From assembly GCA_964016885.1 (NCBI GenBank), contig OZ024741.1, forward strand, positions 265,298,001-265,362,000: 64,000 nt of DNA. Direction: 5' to 3'. Below the pieces are notes generated by a model. It did no database searches. It was not told the origin of the DNA and saw only the letters and a list, made by a program, of their open reading frames with translations. Made by a program: the position numbers and the translations under genes. This document shows, piece after piece, positions 12,301-24,537 of this stretch. The stretch is from Eledone cirrhosa (lineage: Eukaryota). Position 1 is the stretch's first letter. The number at the start of each line of letters is the position of its first letter.

Positions 12301-12797
12301 CTTTGAGTAAGTTGTTCCGGAGCTTTTCTTCTCCTCCTCGCCGAATCGTCCCGCTGGGAAACTCACAATGATTGTTGTCATAGCTTGTAGCCTCCTGTCA
12401 GCCCCCCCCCCCCTTTACCGTTGCCTCCAGAATTTGGTCGACATCATCATCGAACTGCTTCCACAGTGAGGTCAGGCTAGCTGCTGGCCATTTGATCCGC
12501 CTCCTGTCAGATTTGATGTTCAGGGGATTAGTTTCCACCACTTGGACGTTCCGGGCACTATGGGGTGACTCCGGGCCTTGCTCCTCCTGCGTCTCACCAG
12601 CTTGGACACCTGTGCGATGTGATATTTCTGCTCCCAACGGGCACTTCATCCTCGCTCGGTGTATCTTTAGGCCGTGGATGTTCTTGCAGACTTTACCGCA
12701 TGTACACTTCTTACACATAGTCCGTTGTCCATTGCTTGGGTCTGTTAACGATATGTCCGTCCGACTGGGGTGCTCATTCTCCCCCCTCCCCCCGCCT
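9385..12797 (-). mobile_element. HERO-clade non-LTR retrotransposon (RT plus restriction-like endonuclease), nearly full ORF with frameshifts and stops
   Basis: N-terminal finger CTCGKVCKNIHGLKIHRARMKC; RT SAPGPSG, QFRIISLL, QKGGISGIPGCLEH, LWLDLANAFDSIPH, GCTIS, RAFMDDLTV; DKSGLPGKFKAW; LEHILSCC; WRHDQVL; RLE LRPDIV...ELTVPWE...ERKLSKY; stop at 9506. Confidence 0.92.
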
Positions 12798-12873
12798 GGG
12801 TGTCCCAAAAAATGTACACACTTTGATTAGAATGCTGCGGAAGTACGTATACATTTTGGGGGGATACCCTGTA
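12798..12873. mobile_element. Tiny Tc1/mariner-type MITE (about 76 bp)
   Basis: gggtgtcccaaaaaatgtacacactt ... aagtacgtatacattttgggggataccctg-TA: imperfect TIRs with CAGGGT terminus and TA on the right; left end cut by the HERO junction. Confidence 0.65.
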
Positions 12874-13191
12874 AGTGTAACTACGAACAAGTGGTCGATA
12901 AAATAAGTATCAAACTTAAAAACAATAAAAAGTGAGGTCGATATGATGGACTAAATCAAGGTGGTGACCCCGTATGACCGCGGTCTGATGACAGAAATAG
13001 GTAGGTAAAGGGATAAAAGAATAGTTATTCAAAACCACAAAAGCAATCTCGATTCACTAAAGGCTTACATGAATATAATGGACGTATTTCTTTTAATATA
13101 AAGGTGATGATATATAATATATGTAATAAAAGATGTGTTCTTTCATGTGTTTCCACATTCCAGTGTCTGATGGTATGTACGTGTGCATACA

Positions 13192-13233
<42 letters not shown>

Positions 13234-13310
13234 CACACACACATATATGTGTGTGTGTATGTGTGTGTGTATGTGCATATATATATATGTGTTTATGTGT
13301 GTGTGTGTTC

Positions 13311-13349
<39 letters not shown>

Positions 13350-14357
13350 GTATGTAAGTATGTATATATATATTATCCTGTCCTGGTGCTGGGTGGAACA
13401 CGAATTACAATGAAGTAGGTCATCGATGATCCATGTCGACCGGAATCTAGGTCGATTGATTGTTTTTTTACCCTCAGCTCTACAGATTCAGGCAAAATAT
13501 GAGGGTCATAAGTAGCCATCCATGACCACCCCGTCTTTTACTAAGACACAGCCTATTTCGGAGTACACTTGTCTTGGCTTTTTACGACAGTAGAGGATGG
13601 CGAGGGAGTAATTTCAGAAAGATTTTGACTGCTATTTCAAGCAAGTAGAAAAACTTCGTATAGGCCCTGCGTCAGCTGAAGGCTGACATTGTTTAGTTTC
13701 AGTTTAACGCTGATTCAAAGTGCAGTGCCTCCGTCGGTTGCGACGACTAATGTTCCAGTTGTTTGATCAACAGAACAAGACTTGAAGTACTGTGGTCAAT
13801 ATAATAGACTTAAATGCCTTGATCAATAAGTATTTATGAAAAACTACACTTCAAAACAAATGAGAAGTTCCAATTGAACTCTCAACCAATTTGTCGTAAA
13901 AACAGTAGCCTTAAAAGGAAGCCATTAAATAAATAAATACGTTCTCTTACATATTTTAAAATAAGTTTGCCAATTCGTCATGTTTTAAATGACATAGTCT
14001 TCATCATTTTCTAAATCTATTTTCCTTTAGTAATGCTTGACTTATAGTAACTTAAATATATAATGTTCTGGCCATATACATATGGTAGTGAACTAATAAA
14101 TCAAATGTCTTAAATATAAATCTACTGCGGGCATGTTCTGTAATTGGGCAGTAGACTTAATTCTGCACATCTTACTTCACCTAGTAAAGGCGCATGGCAG
14201 AAGTGGACAGAGGTAGGGAAATAAGAAAGCTTTTCAAATGAAGTCTCGTTTCTGTATAACAACGATATGAATATTGTGTGAGATGAAGTTATTTTAGTTC
14301 CAAAAATTGATTTAATTTTAGGAAATTAGTTCAGAACTGCAGTATGTTTTAAGTATT

Positions 14358-14441
<84 letters not shown>

Positions 14442-15036
14442 TGTGCGCGCGCGTGTGTTTTGTTTACGTGGTACATTATAGTTATTTATTTGTTTGTTAT
14501 TTTTGTGCATTATCTGTGGTGTACTACATATGTTAACCTATATTGTTTAAATTCCGTGCATGGCAGACGATATGGAAAGATAATGGCGGCACTTCCGGCT
14601 TTCCATGTTACATTTTTGTAGTTTGCAGGTTGTTTACTTGCATAAAATTTTGATATTTTGAGTTGTCTGTTTCTATCTAACACGCTGTCTGTCTATCTGT
14701 CTTTACTTGCTAGAAATAGCAGCCAAATTTCCCACAAATTACATCTTAACATCGTTACAAATGATAAGAGACAAGAACGATAATGGCGACACTTCTAGCA
14801 TTGCTTGTGGCGTTTGGCGATTTGTGGTTTGTTTATATATGGGTCTATTTATGGAAAGCCTTGATGTTTTGTATCGTTTCTTTCTTTGTTAGATATTCTG
14901 CTTTTCTTAGCCCGTTGGAAATAGTAGCCAAATTTCCCTCAAATCAAACCCTAAAATCCTTTTTTAAAATGATGAAGTGTATTGGATGAGGTAAAGAAAT
15001 TGTTCGTTTCTTCTTTCATTTAAAAAATGTGGATTA

Positions 15037-15443
15037 TTAACCCTTTTGATACAAACTCACATGAAACCGTCCCTATTGGCAGTATCGGTAGAGGGTCGGA
15101 CGCCATGCTTTCCAGCATAGTTACGTCCCTTTACGATCTGAGTTCAAATCCCGCCGAGGTTGACTTTGCCTTTCATCCTTACGGGTCGATAAAATAAAGT
15201 ACCAGTAATGCACTGGGTAATTGCTGGCCTTGTGCCTAAAGTAGAAACAGTTAATTTTAAAAATGGCGTATTAAAGTGTTCATACTTATATTAAAACCTT
15301 CCATCATAATTTAATGTGAGAACATTTTGTCGTCTTCGAAATATCATACCAACAATGAAAGGGTTAATTGTTTTACTAAATTCTTCTTTTATGTGTGTGT
15401 GTGTGGTATATTTCATTAGAAATATGATAACGAAAGGGTTTAA
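15037..15443 (-). mobile_element. piggyBac-like MITE family P1 (TTAA-CCCTTT termini) with a family-A SINE inserted (15075-15250)
   Basis: Left ttaacccttttgatac, right tttcattagaaatatgataacgaaagggtttaa; interior matches the 41.6-42.9 kb repeat units. Confidence 0.65.
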
Positions 15444-15630
15444 GAATGTTACGAGGAAGCAAAGTTGCGGCGTGTGAGGTGAGGGGAATAAACTGTAGTT
15501 ATGCCCGAGGCTCATTATAATGGCGACAAAAATAAAATAGAGTAAATTACAGATAAAACGACCATAACGCTCATGTTCAATATATATATATATATATGAA
15601 TGTATATATATATATATATCAGAGCACCAA

Positions 15631-15681
<51 letters not shown>

Positions 15682-15689
15682 GACGCTCC

Positions 15690-15767
<78 letters not shown>

Positions 15768-16207
15768 GGAGCGTCTATTGAAGTATCATAAGTTGAAGAA
15801 CTTGATAGGAAATGCCAAGCTTCTTACGACTGCCTAAGACACATACCTTCATATATCTATTTGAAAACTTGTAGGAAGTGTTGAAAATCAGTTACGAGCC
15901 TACGAACTGGATTATCCTTTACAAATGGCGCCCCTTCATCATGGGAAGGTATATTTATATGTTTGATTTGAAATACTACAAAGCTGTTAGCATGCTACAA
16001 AACTTGAACTTAAAGAAAGGGAGAAAAGAAAGAGAAAAGCGAATGTTTAAAGTTATTTTAAAGTTTCTTGAAAATATTTCTCTGCCTACGCCAGTAAAGA
16101 AAAAGGGTTAAGAATTAAAACATCTTTTCTAGTGTTTGTTTCTGCGAGGTTAAGTATAGCCGGTAAACACACACATATATATTATACACACACACACATA
16201 CACACAC

Positions 16208-16271
<64 letters not shown>

Positions 16272-16532
16272 TACACACCCACACACACACATATATATAT
16301 ATATGCGTATTTATGTATGTCTATGTGTATATACATGTGTGTGTTAGAGAGAAAAAGAGAGGAGGAGAGAGAGACAGAAACAGACTTTCTTTTCTCTTTG
16401 TCTTCTAAAATTTGGTAACCTATTCACACGGAATAGCTGTCACTGTGGGAGAATATCTAAGACTAGATTCTAGTTCTTAGAATAATGGCAGTAAAAACAA
16501 TTGAAACAAGTCACAAATTGCGGTTAATAATT

Positions 16533-17140
16533 CGTTTAACCCTTTCATTGCCATATTACTAATGAAAGACACTGTCTATGATGTTTAACCCTTTCATTCC
16601 TATATTTCTAATGAAAGACACTGTCTATGTCGTTTAACCTCTTCATTACCATATTTCTAATAAAAGACACTGTCTATGTCGTTTAAACCTTTCATTAACA
16701 TATTTCTGATGAAAGACACTGTCTATGTCGTTTAAACCTTTCATTACCATTTTTCTAATGAAAGACACTGTCTATGTTGTTTAACCCTTTCATTAACATA
16801 TTTCTGATGAAAGACACTGTCTATGTCGTTTAAACCTTTCATTACCATTTTTCTAATGAAAGACACTGTCTATGTTGTTTAACCCTTTCATTAACATATT
16901 TCTGATGAAAGACACTGTCTATGTTGTTTAACCCCTTCATTACCATATTTCTGATGAAAGACACTGTCTATGTTGTTTAACCCCTTTCATTACCATATTT
17001 CTGATGAAAGACACTGTCTATGTCGTTTAAACCTTTCATTACCATTTTTCTAATGAAAGGCACTGTCTATGTTGTTTAACCCCTTCATTACCATATTTCT
17101 AATGAAAAACTGTCTATATTGTTCACCCTTTCATTACCAT
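16533..17140 (+). repeat. 48-49-bp minisatellite, about 12-13 copies, from one terminus of MITE P1
   Basis: Unit tttaaccctttcattaccatatttctaatgaaagacactgtctatgttg matches the reverse complement of 15411-15443. Confidence 0.9.
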
Positions 17141-17396
17141 GAATCTTTGTAGCGCTTTATATGGCCCCCGTAAGGACGCGTTCCCTTCACATAGCTCATC
17201 ATCGACCAGTCTCTTAAGGACACCCTCGTCGGCCATGCGGTCATGTACAGTTCACAAGAGATGGAACCTCCTCAGTAATGCGTGTGTGCTTTCCATCCCA
17301 TATCTCTGAATAATCTCTGTAACGGGGATGTGATTAAATATAAATTGGTTTCGAACCAAGGATACAGTAGCCTGCAAAATTCATAAATAAATTACC

Positions 17397-18503
17397 TACA
17401 GGGCTGCTCAGTTCTTTGGGGACACATCTAATAGCTCTAGCTTTTTTCTAACTTCTTCTGATAATCATTTCTTTTCGGATAAATAGCTACAGATATCAAG
17501 GCAACAATTGCAGCAAATAAAAAGGCATGCTATAATCGTTGCCTTAAAGGCAGAACATAGTGATTAGAGATTGCTCGCTTACTGAAAGTTGCACAGTCGT
17601 TTGTTGTCAAATTTCGCAAAGAGCCGGAAACCGTTGATGTCAAACGCCTGCTAAGGATCCTAGTACCATCAGAACACTCATATGTGGACGACAGGAGTAG
17701 AAAATTATCGATAAGAATGCTATCGAAAGAATTGTGCACAAAGACCTCCGATATAAGTCACATGTGGTGCGAAGGGGCCAATTCATGTCTGCAAAAACAA
17801 AAAATAACCGTTTGATCCATGCAAAGCATTCAGGGAACAAGATGAAACAGCAAGTGCCTGGAATGTTTGGGTTTTCCTCTGATGAGAAAAACCTTGATCA
17901 TGACAAACACGTCAACCGAAGGAATAACAGACGCTAATAATATTCCAACGGTCATGTATACAAAGTTTCCGGTAACTGTGTTGGTTCTGGGAGACGTGAG
18001 CAATGAAGGCGATATAGTGCCTTCTCATTTCCTAGGGGCTTAAGGGTCAATACTGTTGATTATAAGGTGTTGGAGAGGGTTCTGAGCGTGAGCAAAGGAA
18101 GGTCGTACACCTACCAACAAGACTCTACACCGTCTCAAAAGGCCAAGATGACCCAAGAATGGATGATTTACAATCTCCTACCCAAACATATGCTCTCTTA
18201 GCTGTCCAGACGTGAATCCGTTGGACTACTACGTGAATCTGTCCCCATAAAACTATAAAATCTTTGAAGTCCGCCGTAACTAGCACAATATCCAAAATAG
18301 ATAAAAATCATCTGATTCGGGCACGTCAACTTTTAAGACCTCGTACTGAGGCAGTCATTGATGCTAACAGCGGATTAATTGAGGAGATGCGCCAAGAAGT
18401 ATCCCAAAATTATTCATGCCATTTTTTCTCAAATAAAGCTCTTCTTATATCGTCTTTTACTAAATTCAAGCAAATGTCCTAAAAAAAAGTGAGCAACTCT
18501 GCA
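17397..18503 (+). mobile_element. Decayed Tc1/mariner element (DDD, maT/DD37D-like) with TIRs
   Basis: TA-cagggctgctcagttctttggggac and gtcctaaaaaaaagtgagcaactctg-ca TIRs; FSSDEKN, TKFPVTVLVLGDVSNEG, YQQDSTP, PDVNPLDYY catalytic motifs. Confidence 0.85.
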
Positions 18504-18898
18504 AATCACCCAACGACTAGATTTACATTTTATACTCTCAATAACTACAATTAATATACTGAAATCGATGAAGTTGTGTTTAATATTTGAATAATTCTCG
18601 CCTTAATCAAGCTATAACTGTAAGTGAAGACGAGAACAACTTCAAGGGAAGTAACTGTGCTGTAACAATCTTTTTTTGGTTTTATCAAGGGAGCGAACTC
18701 TTCCGGTGAAAATCAGTCCTTACCTATGATCAAGAAGAGCCTTCCAGCAGTGAATGTCCTCCCCTTTTTTTATATATATCAGGGACTACACTGGGATTTC
18801 AAGCTATTCGGGATCCAGAATCCCCAATATGTAAAATAACCGGAAATGCATAAAAATATTTATTACATGGAAACAGACGTCGATATGAAGCTATAATA

Positions 18899-18930
<32 letters not shown>

Positions 18931-18955
18931 GGGGTAACAAATTGTTGTTATAGGT

Positions 18956-19001
18956 AGTCCACTTAGGTGTAGTCCAGTTATGGACTACACCTAAGTGGAC
19001 T
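18956..19001. repeat. Perfect 21-bp hairpin with 4-nt loop
   Basis: agtccacttaggtgtagtcca-gtta-tggactacacctaagtggact. Confidence 0.95.
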
Positions 19002-19450
19002 TTACCTCTGTATTAACTTGCCCATTATATTGCTACTCTGTTAATGTTGTCTTATACATGTATGTTATTGATGATGAGAAAGCTAGACAATCCTTTCATC
19101 TAATATAGACCACACAAATCTCACTACAGTGATAAATCCTTCATCTGTCAGATAATAACCGACTCTTACGGCCACCAGACCTATATTGTTTAAAGCCACC
19201 GGCTTATCTTTACACTAGATATAATACACCCCACGACAGCTTTTACATGTCAATTTTATACATCTGCCTCATGTCAGTTAGTTTTACACGTTAAAATCGT
19301 AGATATACTATACTTCCCACCTAGATTGATGTTGTGATTATTTCAAATAATTTATTGCTACCATTGTTAGTATTGTTGTTATTGTTCTGATTGAATGCCG
19401 TTACTACTATATATAGTAGCCATGCCTGTATATTATTTTCATTCTCGCAA

Positions 19451-19556
19451 GCTCCGATGAATTGACTGGTTATAACTTTGTATTGGTGATTGAGTAACGT
19501 GAAAATAAGTGGGTAGCGATCTCTAGACCTACCAGCTCAGAGAAACAATTGTCAGC
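19451..19556 (+). ncRNA. Type-I hammerhead-like motif, variant core (CCGATGA)
   Basis: gct-CCGATGA-[attgactggt...accagctcaga]-GAA-ACAATTGT-C-agc: stem I gct/agc, palindromic stem III, GUC triplet. Confidence 0.55.
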
Positions 19557-19612
19557 AATGAGATTAAAAACCTTTTTTGTATAGCAAACCGTGTCACTCT
19601 TCTTTCCTGATT

Positions 19613-19697
<85 letters not shown>

Positions 19698-19809
19698 GTA
19701 TGTATGTATGTATACGTACATACATATAGGTATACAGACGTACAGTAGTATGTATATATATACATACATGGACACATATATATATGCACGTATCGGCCTA
19801 CCGAACATT

Positions 19810-20297
19810 CATTACAATGTTCGGTTCGTTTGTTTGTAAACAAACAGCCCGAATTACGCCGTACAGTGTTTAGGCAACCAGTCACCTTTTTGTTCAACAC
19901 TGACACAGGAACGATGTACTAGTTTCAAGCTTATTAGCTATCGTCAGCATCGTATACCTTTCTGCCAGATGGTTGAACGTCTGAAAGTATATACTTTCCT
20001 TATGCATATTAACGGCTGAGCAGCCTAATTTTCATATCGAGTGAGTTCAGTCGGCCGGGCACACCGAAAACGATAAATGGAATAGAATATATTGTGCATA
20101 TATATATGTGTGCATGTATGTATATATATACATACTACTGTACGTCTGTATACATATATGTATGTACGTATACATACATACATACATACATACATACATA
20201 CATACATACATACATACATACATACATACATACATACTTACATTTAAGTAAGTGCCGTACTAAGAGTGAGAAATGAAATTTCGTTTCATTCTATTCC

Positions 20298-20300
<3 letters not shown>
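19810..20300 (+). repeat. Unclassified (TA)n-associated dispersed repeat; second copy 22330-22695
   Basis: tgtttgtaaacaaaca.cccgaatta.gccgtacagtgt...tgtactagtttcaagcttattagctatcgtcagca and gccgtactaagagtgagaaatgaaatttcgtttcatt occur in both. Confidence 0.8.
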
Positions 20301-20339
<39 letters not shown>

Positions 20340-20935
20340 GTGCTTCAGGGTAGGGTGTTCCATCACCTACATAATAAAGGGACTTTTATTTATTCGACAA
20401 ATTTCAATTCGGTTATATAATGTTTGCAATAACAAAAAGAAAAAGAAAGAGGGGAAAAAATTAAATAACAAAAGTAAGGAAAATGTTTAGGGGAAGGGAA
20501 GGGAGAAAGGCAATGTTTAAATAAAAGATGAGAGAAAAAAAAACTGGAAACTTAAGGAATACCAAACAGTACTAAAAAAACAAACAAACAAATCTTCGTT
20601 TAAAACAGTAAAGAAAATGTAATGGAAGGGATGAACAACCGAGCCAACACCAGAGCAAAAGACAGCAGCGAGGGGTACTGGGCGACCTCTCTAATGACAT
20701 TTGAGACAAGCCAGCACACTCGCAGCGTTGCCTCGGGTGATGGCGAGGCTAATGCACTGGAACAACCAAGCGCCCTCGCGAGATTCGCCAGTTACCTCTA
20801 TTAGGCGAGCCAGTGAAAAGAGGAACCTCGCAGTCAGCGGCCCGATTCCCCCAGACATCTCGAAAGCAACAGGCTGAAAAATGTAGCTGGCCGACAGATC
20901 AGAGTATTTGAGGGTCTTACTCCGCTCGGCTGTTT
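20340..20935 (-). mobile_element. 3' fragment of a CRE-clade (RLE) non-LTR retrotransposon
   Basis: Minus: ETAERSKTLKYSDL, PVAFEMSG, ESREGAWLFQCISLAITRGNAASVLACL, then T-rich 3' UTR; shorter relative at about 26500-26752. Confidence 0.75.
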
Positions 20936-21985
20936 CGATTGGTGTAACAATCTATTCTTTAGCCTTCCTTGTCATTTCTCTACTACTGAAAAGTATAACA
21001 CAACTTTTATTATATCGTTTTATTTGATACATGTATACACGCTAGCTCGAAGTAGCTAGTAAGAAATTAATGTAGTGATAATTGCTGTCACGATTTTATT
21101 ACTCGATATTCGATTACCAACAAGTAAATTTTATTATTATAAAATAAACATTGTCAACATCACAATTCTTGCATCATTCTTGTTATAATTTATCCTGCAA
21201 AGAATACATCTATTTGCTACATAATGGTGACCTCATCACTACAATACAATGCTTACAGAACGAAAGCACAAACAAATCTCTATATATAAAACTGAGGATG
21301 TCTGTCTGTGTGTGTGTGTGAGTTTGAATCCCTAAAACTCGAGAACCACCCAACCGACTGTTTTCAAACTTTACACATGTAATACTTATGTAATACCAAC
21401 AAGTAATACCAACAAGTAAATTTCAAACTTTACACATGTAATACTTATGTAATACCAACAAGTAATACCAACAAGTAAATTTTATTATTATAAAATAAAC
21501 ATTGTCAACATCACAATTCTTGCATCATTCTTGTTATAATTTATCCTGCAAAGAATACATCTATTTGCTACATAATGGTGACCTCATCACTACAATACAA
21601 TGCTTACAGAACGAAAGCACAAACAAATCTCTATATATAAAACTGAGGATGTCTGTCTGTGTGTGTGTGAGTTTGAATCCCTAAAACTCGAGAACCACCC
21701 AACCAACTGTTTTCAAACTTTACACATGTAATACTTATGTTTCAGGGAGTGTTCTGAGCTAAGAAAATTTTAAATTTTAAATGCCCTAGGAACCACATTA
21801 GGTGATTTAGCGATCTCTCTCTATAATTCTTAGTCGTTCTCTTTTTAGATAGATACATACATATAACGTCGCGCCCTTATAATATCTGTCTGTATGTCTG
21901 ACTGTCTGCATTACGTCACTTCCCTGAGGATGTCTGTCTCTGTGTGTGTGTGTCTGTGAGTTTGAATACCTAAAACTCGAGAAGT
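20931..21985 (+). repeat. Segment duplicated at 24387-25985, with an internal tandem duplication and two truncated 5' ends of Helitron B
   Basis: ctgtttcgattggtgtaacaatc...aaactcgagaagta is near-identical in both places; about 21118-21390 repeats at about 21468-21740. Confidence 0.9.
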
Positions 21986-22017
21986 ATACGTACATAGATA
22001 TATGTATACATATATAT

Positions 22018-22070
<53 letters not shown>

Positions 22071-22238
22071 TATGTATACGTACATACATATATGTATACA
22101 TATATATACACATATATATATATATATATATGTGTATATATATGTATACATATATGTATGTACGTATACATACTTATATATATATATATATATATATGTG
22201 TATATATATGTATACATATATGTATGTACGTATACATA

Positions 22239-22312
<74 letters not shown>

Positions 22313-22535
22313 TATATATATATGTACATTTATTATAATGCTCGGTGTGTTTGTAAACAAACATCCCGAATTAAGCCGTACAGTGTCTAGCAACCATCGT
22401 TGCTCATTTTTTCAGCACTGACAAAGGAACGCTGTACTAGTTTCAAGCTTATTAGCTATCGTCAGCAACGTATACCTTCACATTATAATAAATGTTTGGT
22501 GAATCCATACGTACATATATATATATGTGTGCATG

Positions 22536-22587
<52 letters not shown>

Positions 22588-22712
22588 CTACTGTACGTCT
22601 GTATACATATATGTATGTACGTATACATACTTATATTTAAGTAACAGCCGTACTAAGAGTGAGAAATGAAATTTCGTTTCATTTTTTCCGTTTATATATA
22701 TATATATATATA

Positions 22713-23592
22713 TAAAATACAATATGTTGAAAAGGTAACGCACTAGAGAGAGATACAGTGCGCTATCAATAAAACAGGGAAAAACCACCAGTGTATGGAA
22801 TCTATAACCTATGAAAGGCAGAGTATAGACACGATAATTAAAAATATAAATTAAAGCGTAAATAAATACCTCTATAACTATATAACACACGTACAAATCC
22901 AAAGTGATCTGTTTCGCCAGTAGGTTGTTGACAGAAATGAAATAACCCAGGTTCATCAGCTTGTGTAAAGCTATACATTTCAGACAACACTAAGAGAATT
23001 TTTAAAGCGACCGTCCATCTACACGTGGGAGAGAGAAGTCACAGCGTGTTTAAGGGCAGTGAACCAGTGGCCTCTGAGGGACGAACTGCGAGAAAGGGCA
23101 GCCTAAAACCACTCAGAGAAGTGTGCTCAACCAAACAGAGAGAGATAGGAAAGACTGTTATAAGGAGCGAAATATCATGATACATTAAAGGAGCCATAAA
23201 CACGCTGTGACTTCTCTCTCCCACGTGTAGATGGACGGTCGCTTTAAAAATTCTCTTAGTGTTGTCTGAAATGTATAGCCTTACACACGCCGATGAACCT
23301 GGGTTATTTCATTTCTATCGAAACAGATCACTTTGGATTTGTACGTGTGTTATATAGTTATAGAGGTATTTATTTACGCTTTAATTTATATTTTTAATTA
23401 TCGTGTCTATACTCTGCCTTTCACAGGTTATAGATTCCATACACTGGTGGTTTTTCCCTGTTTTATTGATAGCGCACTGTATCTCTCTCTAGTGCGTTAC
23501 CTTTTCAACATATTGTATTTTAAAGAGCTCAGGATTTCCTCTCCTTTGAGCACATTATTTACAGGGAACGGCGAGAGTCTATGGCTCCGTTA

Positions 23593-23597
<5 letters not shown>
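22713..23597. repeat. Large inverted repeat (arms 22713-23052 and 23197-23522) between (TA)n tracts; Penelope-like pLTR remnant with hammerhead-like core
   Basis: Arms are near-identical reverse complements (also seen in twin ORFs 22588- and 23333+); minus left arm has CTGATGA...GGCGAAAC. Confidence 0.85.
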
Positions 23598-23646
<49 letters not shown>

Positions 23647-23852
23647 TTATATGTGTGTATATATATGTATGTATGTATATATATATATATGTATGTATAT
23701 GTATATATATATATAGTCTTTGATTTTCCCGCTTTTACTTCGGTCCAGTTTACATACGGGTCAATTTTACGACCTTTCAGACCTTTATTAGCTGGCAGGA
23801 GGTTGTATATTTTGTCGTTCCTGGGACGTTTAGCCCTAGGAAGGGAAAATGC

Positions 23853-23931
23853 TTCTCTGATGAGCTTTGGTTTTCCATCATAAATCCATCGGATTTATGA
23901 GGTTTTACAAAGCGAAACTGATCAGTAAGGG
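23853..23931 (+). ncRNA. Type-I hammerhead ribozyme motif (canonical core)
   Basis: ttct-CTGATGA-GCTTTG...CAAAGC-GAA-ACTGATCAGT-A-aggg; G10.1-C11.1 pair, 10-nt palindromic stem III, GUA triplet, nested 10-bp hairpin in stem II. Confidence 0.8.
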
Positions 23932-24012
23932 CCACTAGAAGAGGTAAATATTTATATTATATTTTTTAATGTATTTTGAAAAATTGATTGAATTTTACTT
24001 GTTCTGCTTATC

Positions 24013-24091
<79 letters not shown>

Positions 24092-24180
24092 AGATCAAAA
24101 GATGGTTAAAAGAGTTCCAAGTATTTTATTATGCGCATTTCAACAGTAACTTGCTCCTTGACTGTTTGAGCGCTAACTCT

Positions 24181-24245
<65 letters not shown>

Positions 24246-24537
24246 GAAAAGGGGGTAAAATTCCATAAAAAGACAAGTTATAGTCAAAAAGTGAAGATGA
24301 AAATGCACAGAAGTATATTCAAAGATTATTTTTTCCCTTAATCCGATAGAATGAATCATTTTATAATTGTTGCATTAAATATAACCTGTTTCGATTGGTG
24401 TAACAATCTATTCTTTAGCCTTCCTTGTCATTTCTCTACTACTGAAAAGTATAACACAACTTTTATTATATCGTTTTATTTGATACATGTATACACGCTA
24501 GCTCGAAGTAGCTAGTAAGAAATTAATGTAGTGATAA

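Noticed and set aside
16700-17010. Repeated CTGATGA in the 48-bp minisatellite as tandem hammerheads
   Set aside because: It alternates with CTAATGA between units and has no stem II-GAAA-stem III arrangement.
17879-17895. CTGATGAGAAA as a hammerhead core
   Set aside because: It encodes the SDEK catalytic motif of the mariner-type transposase.
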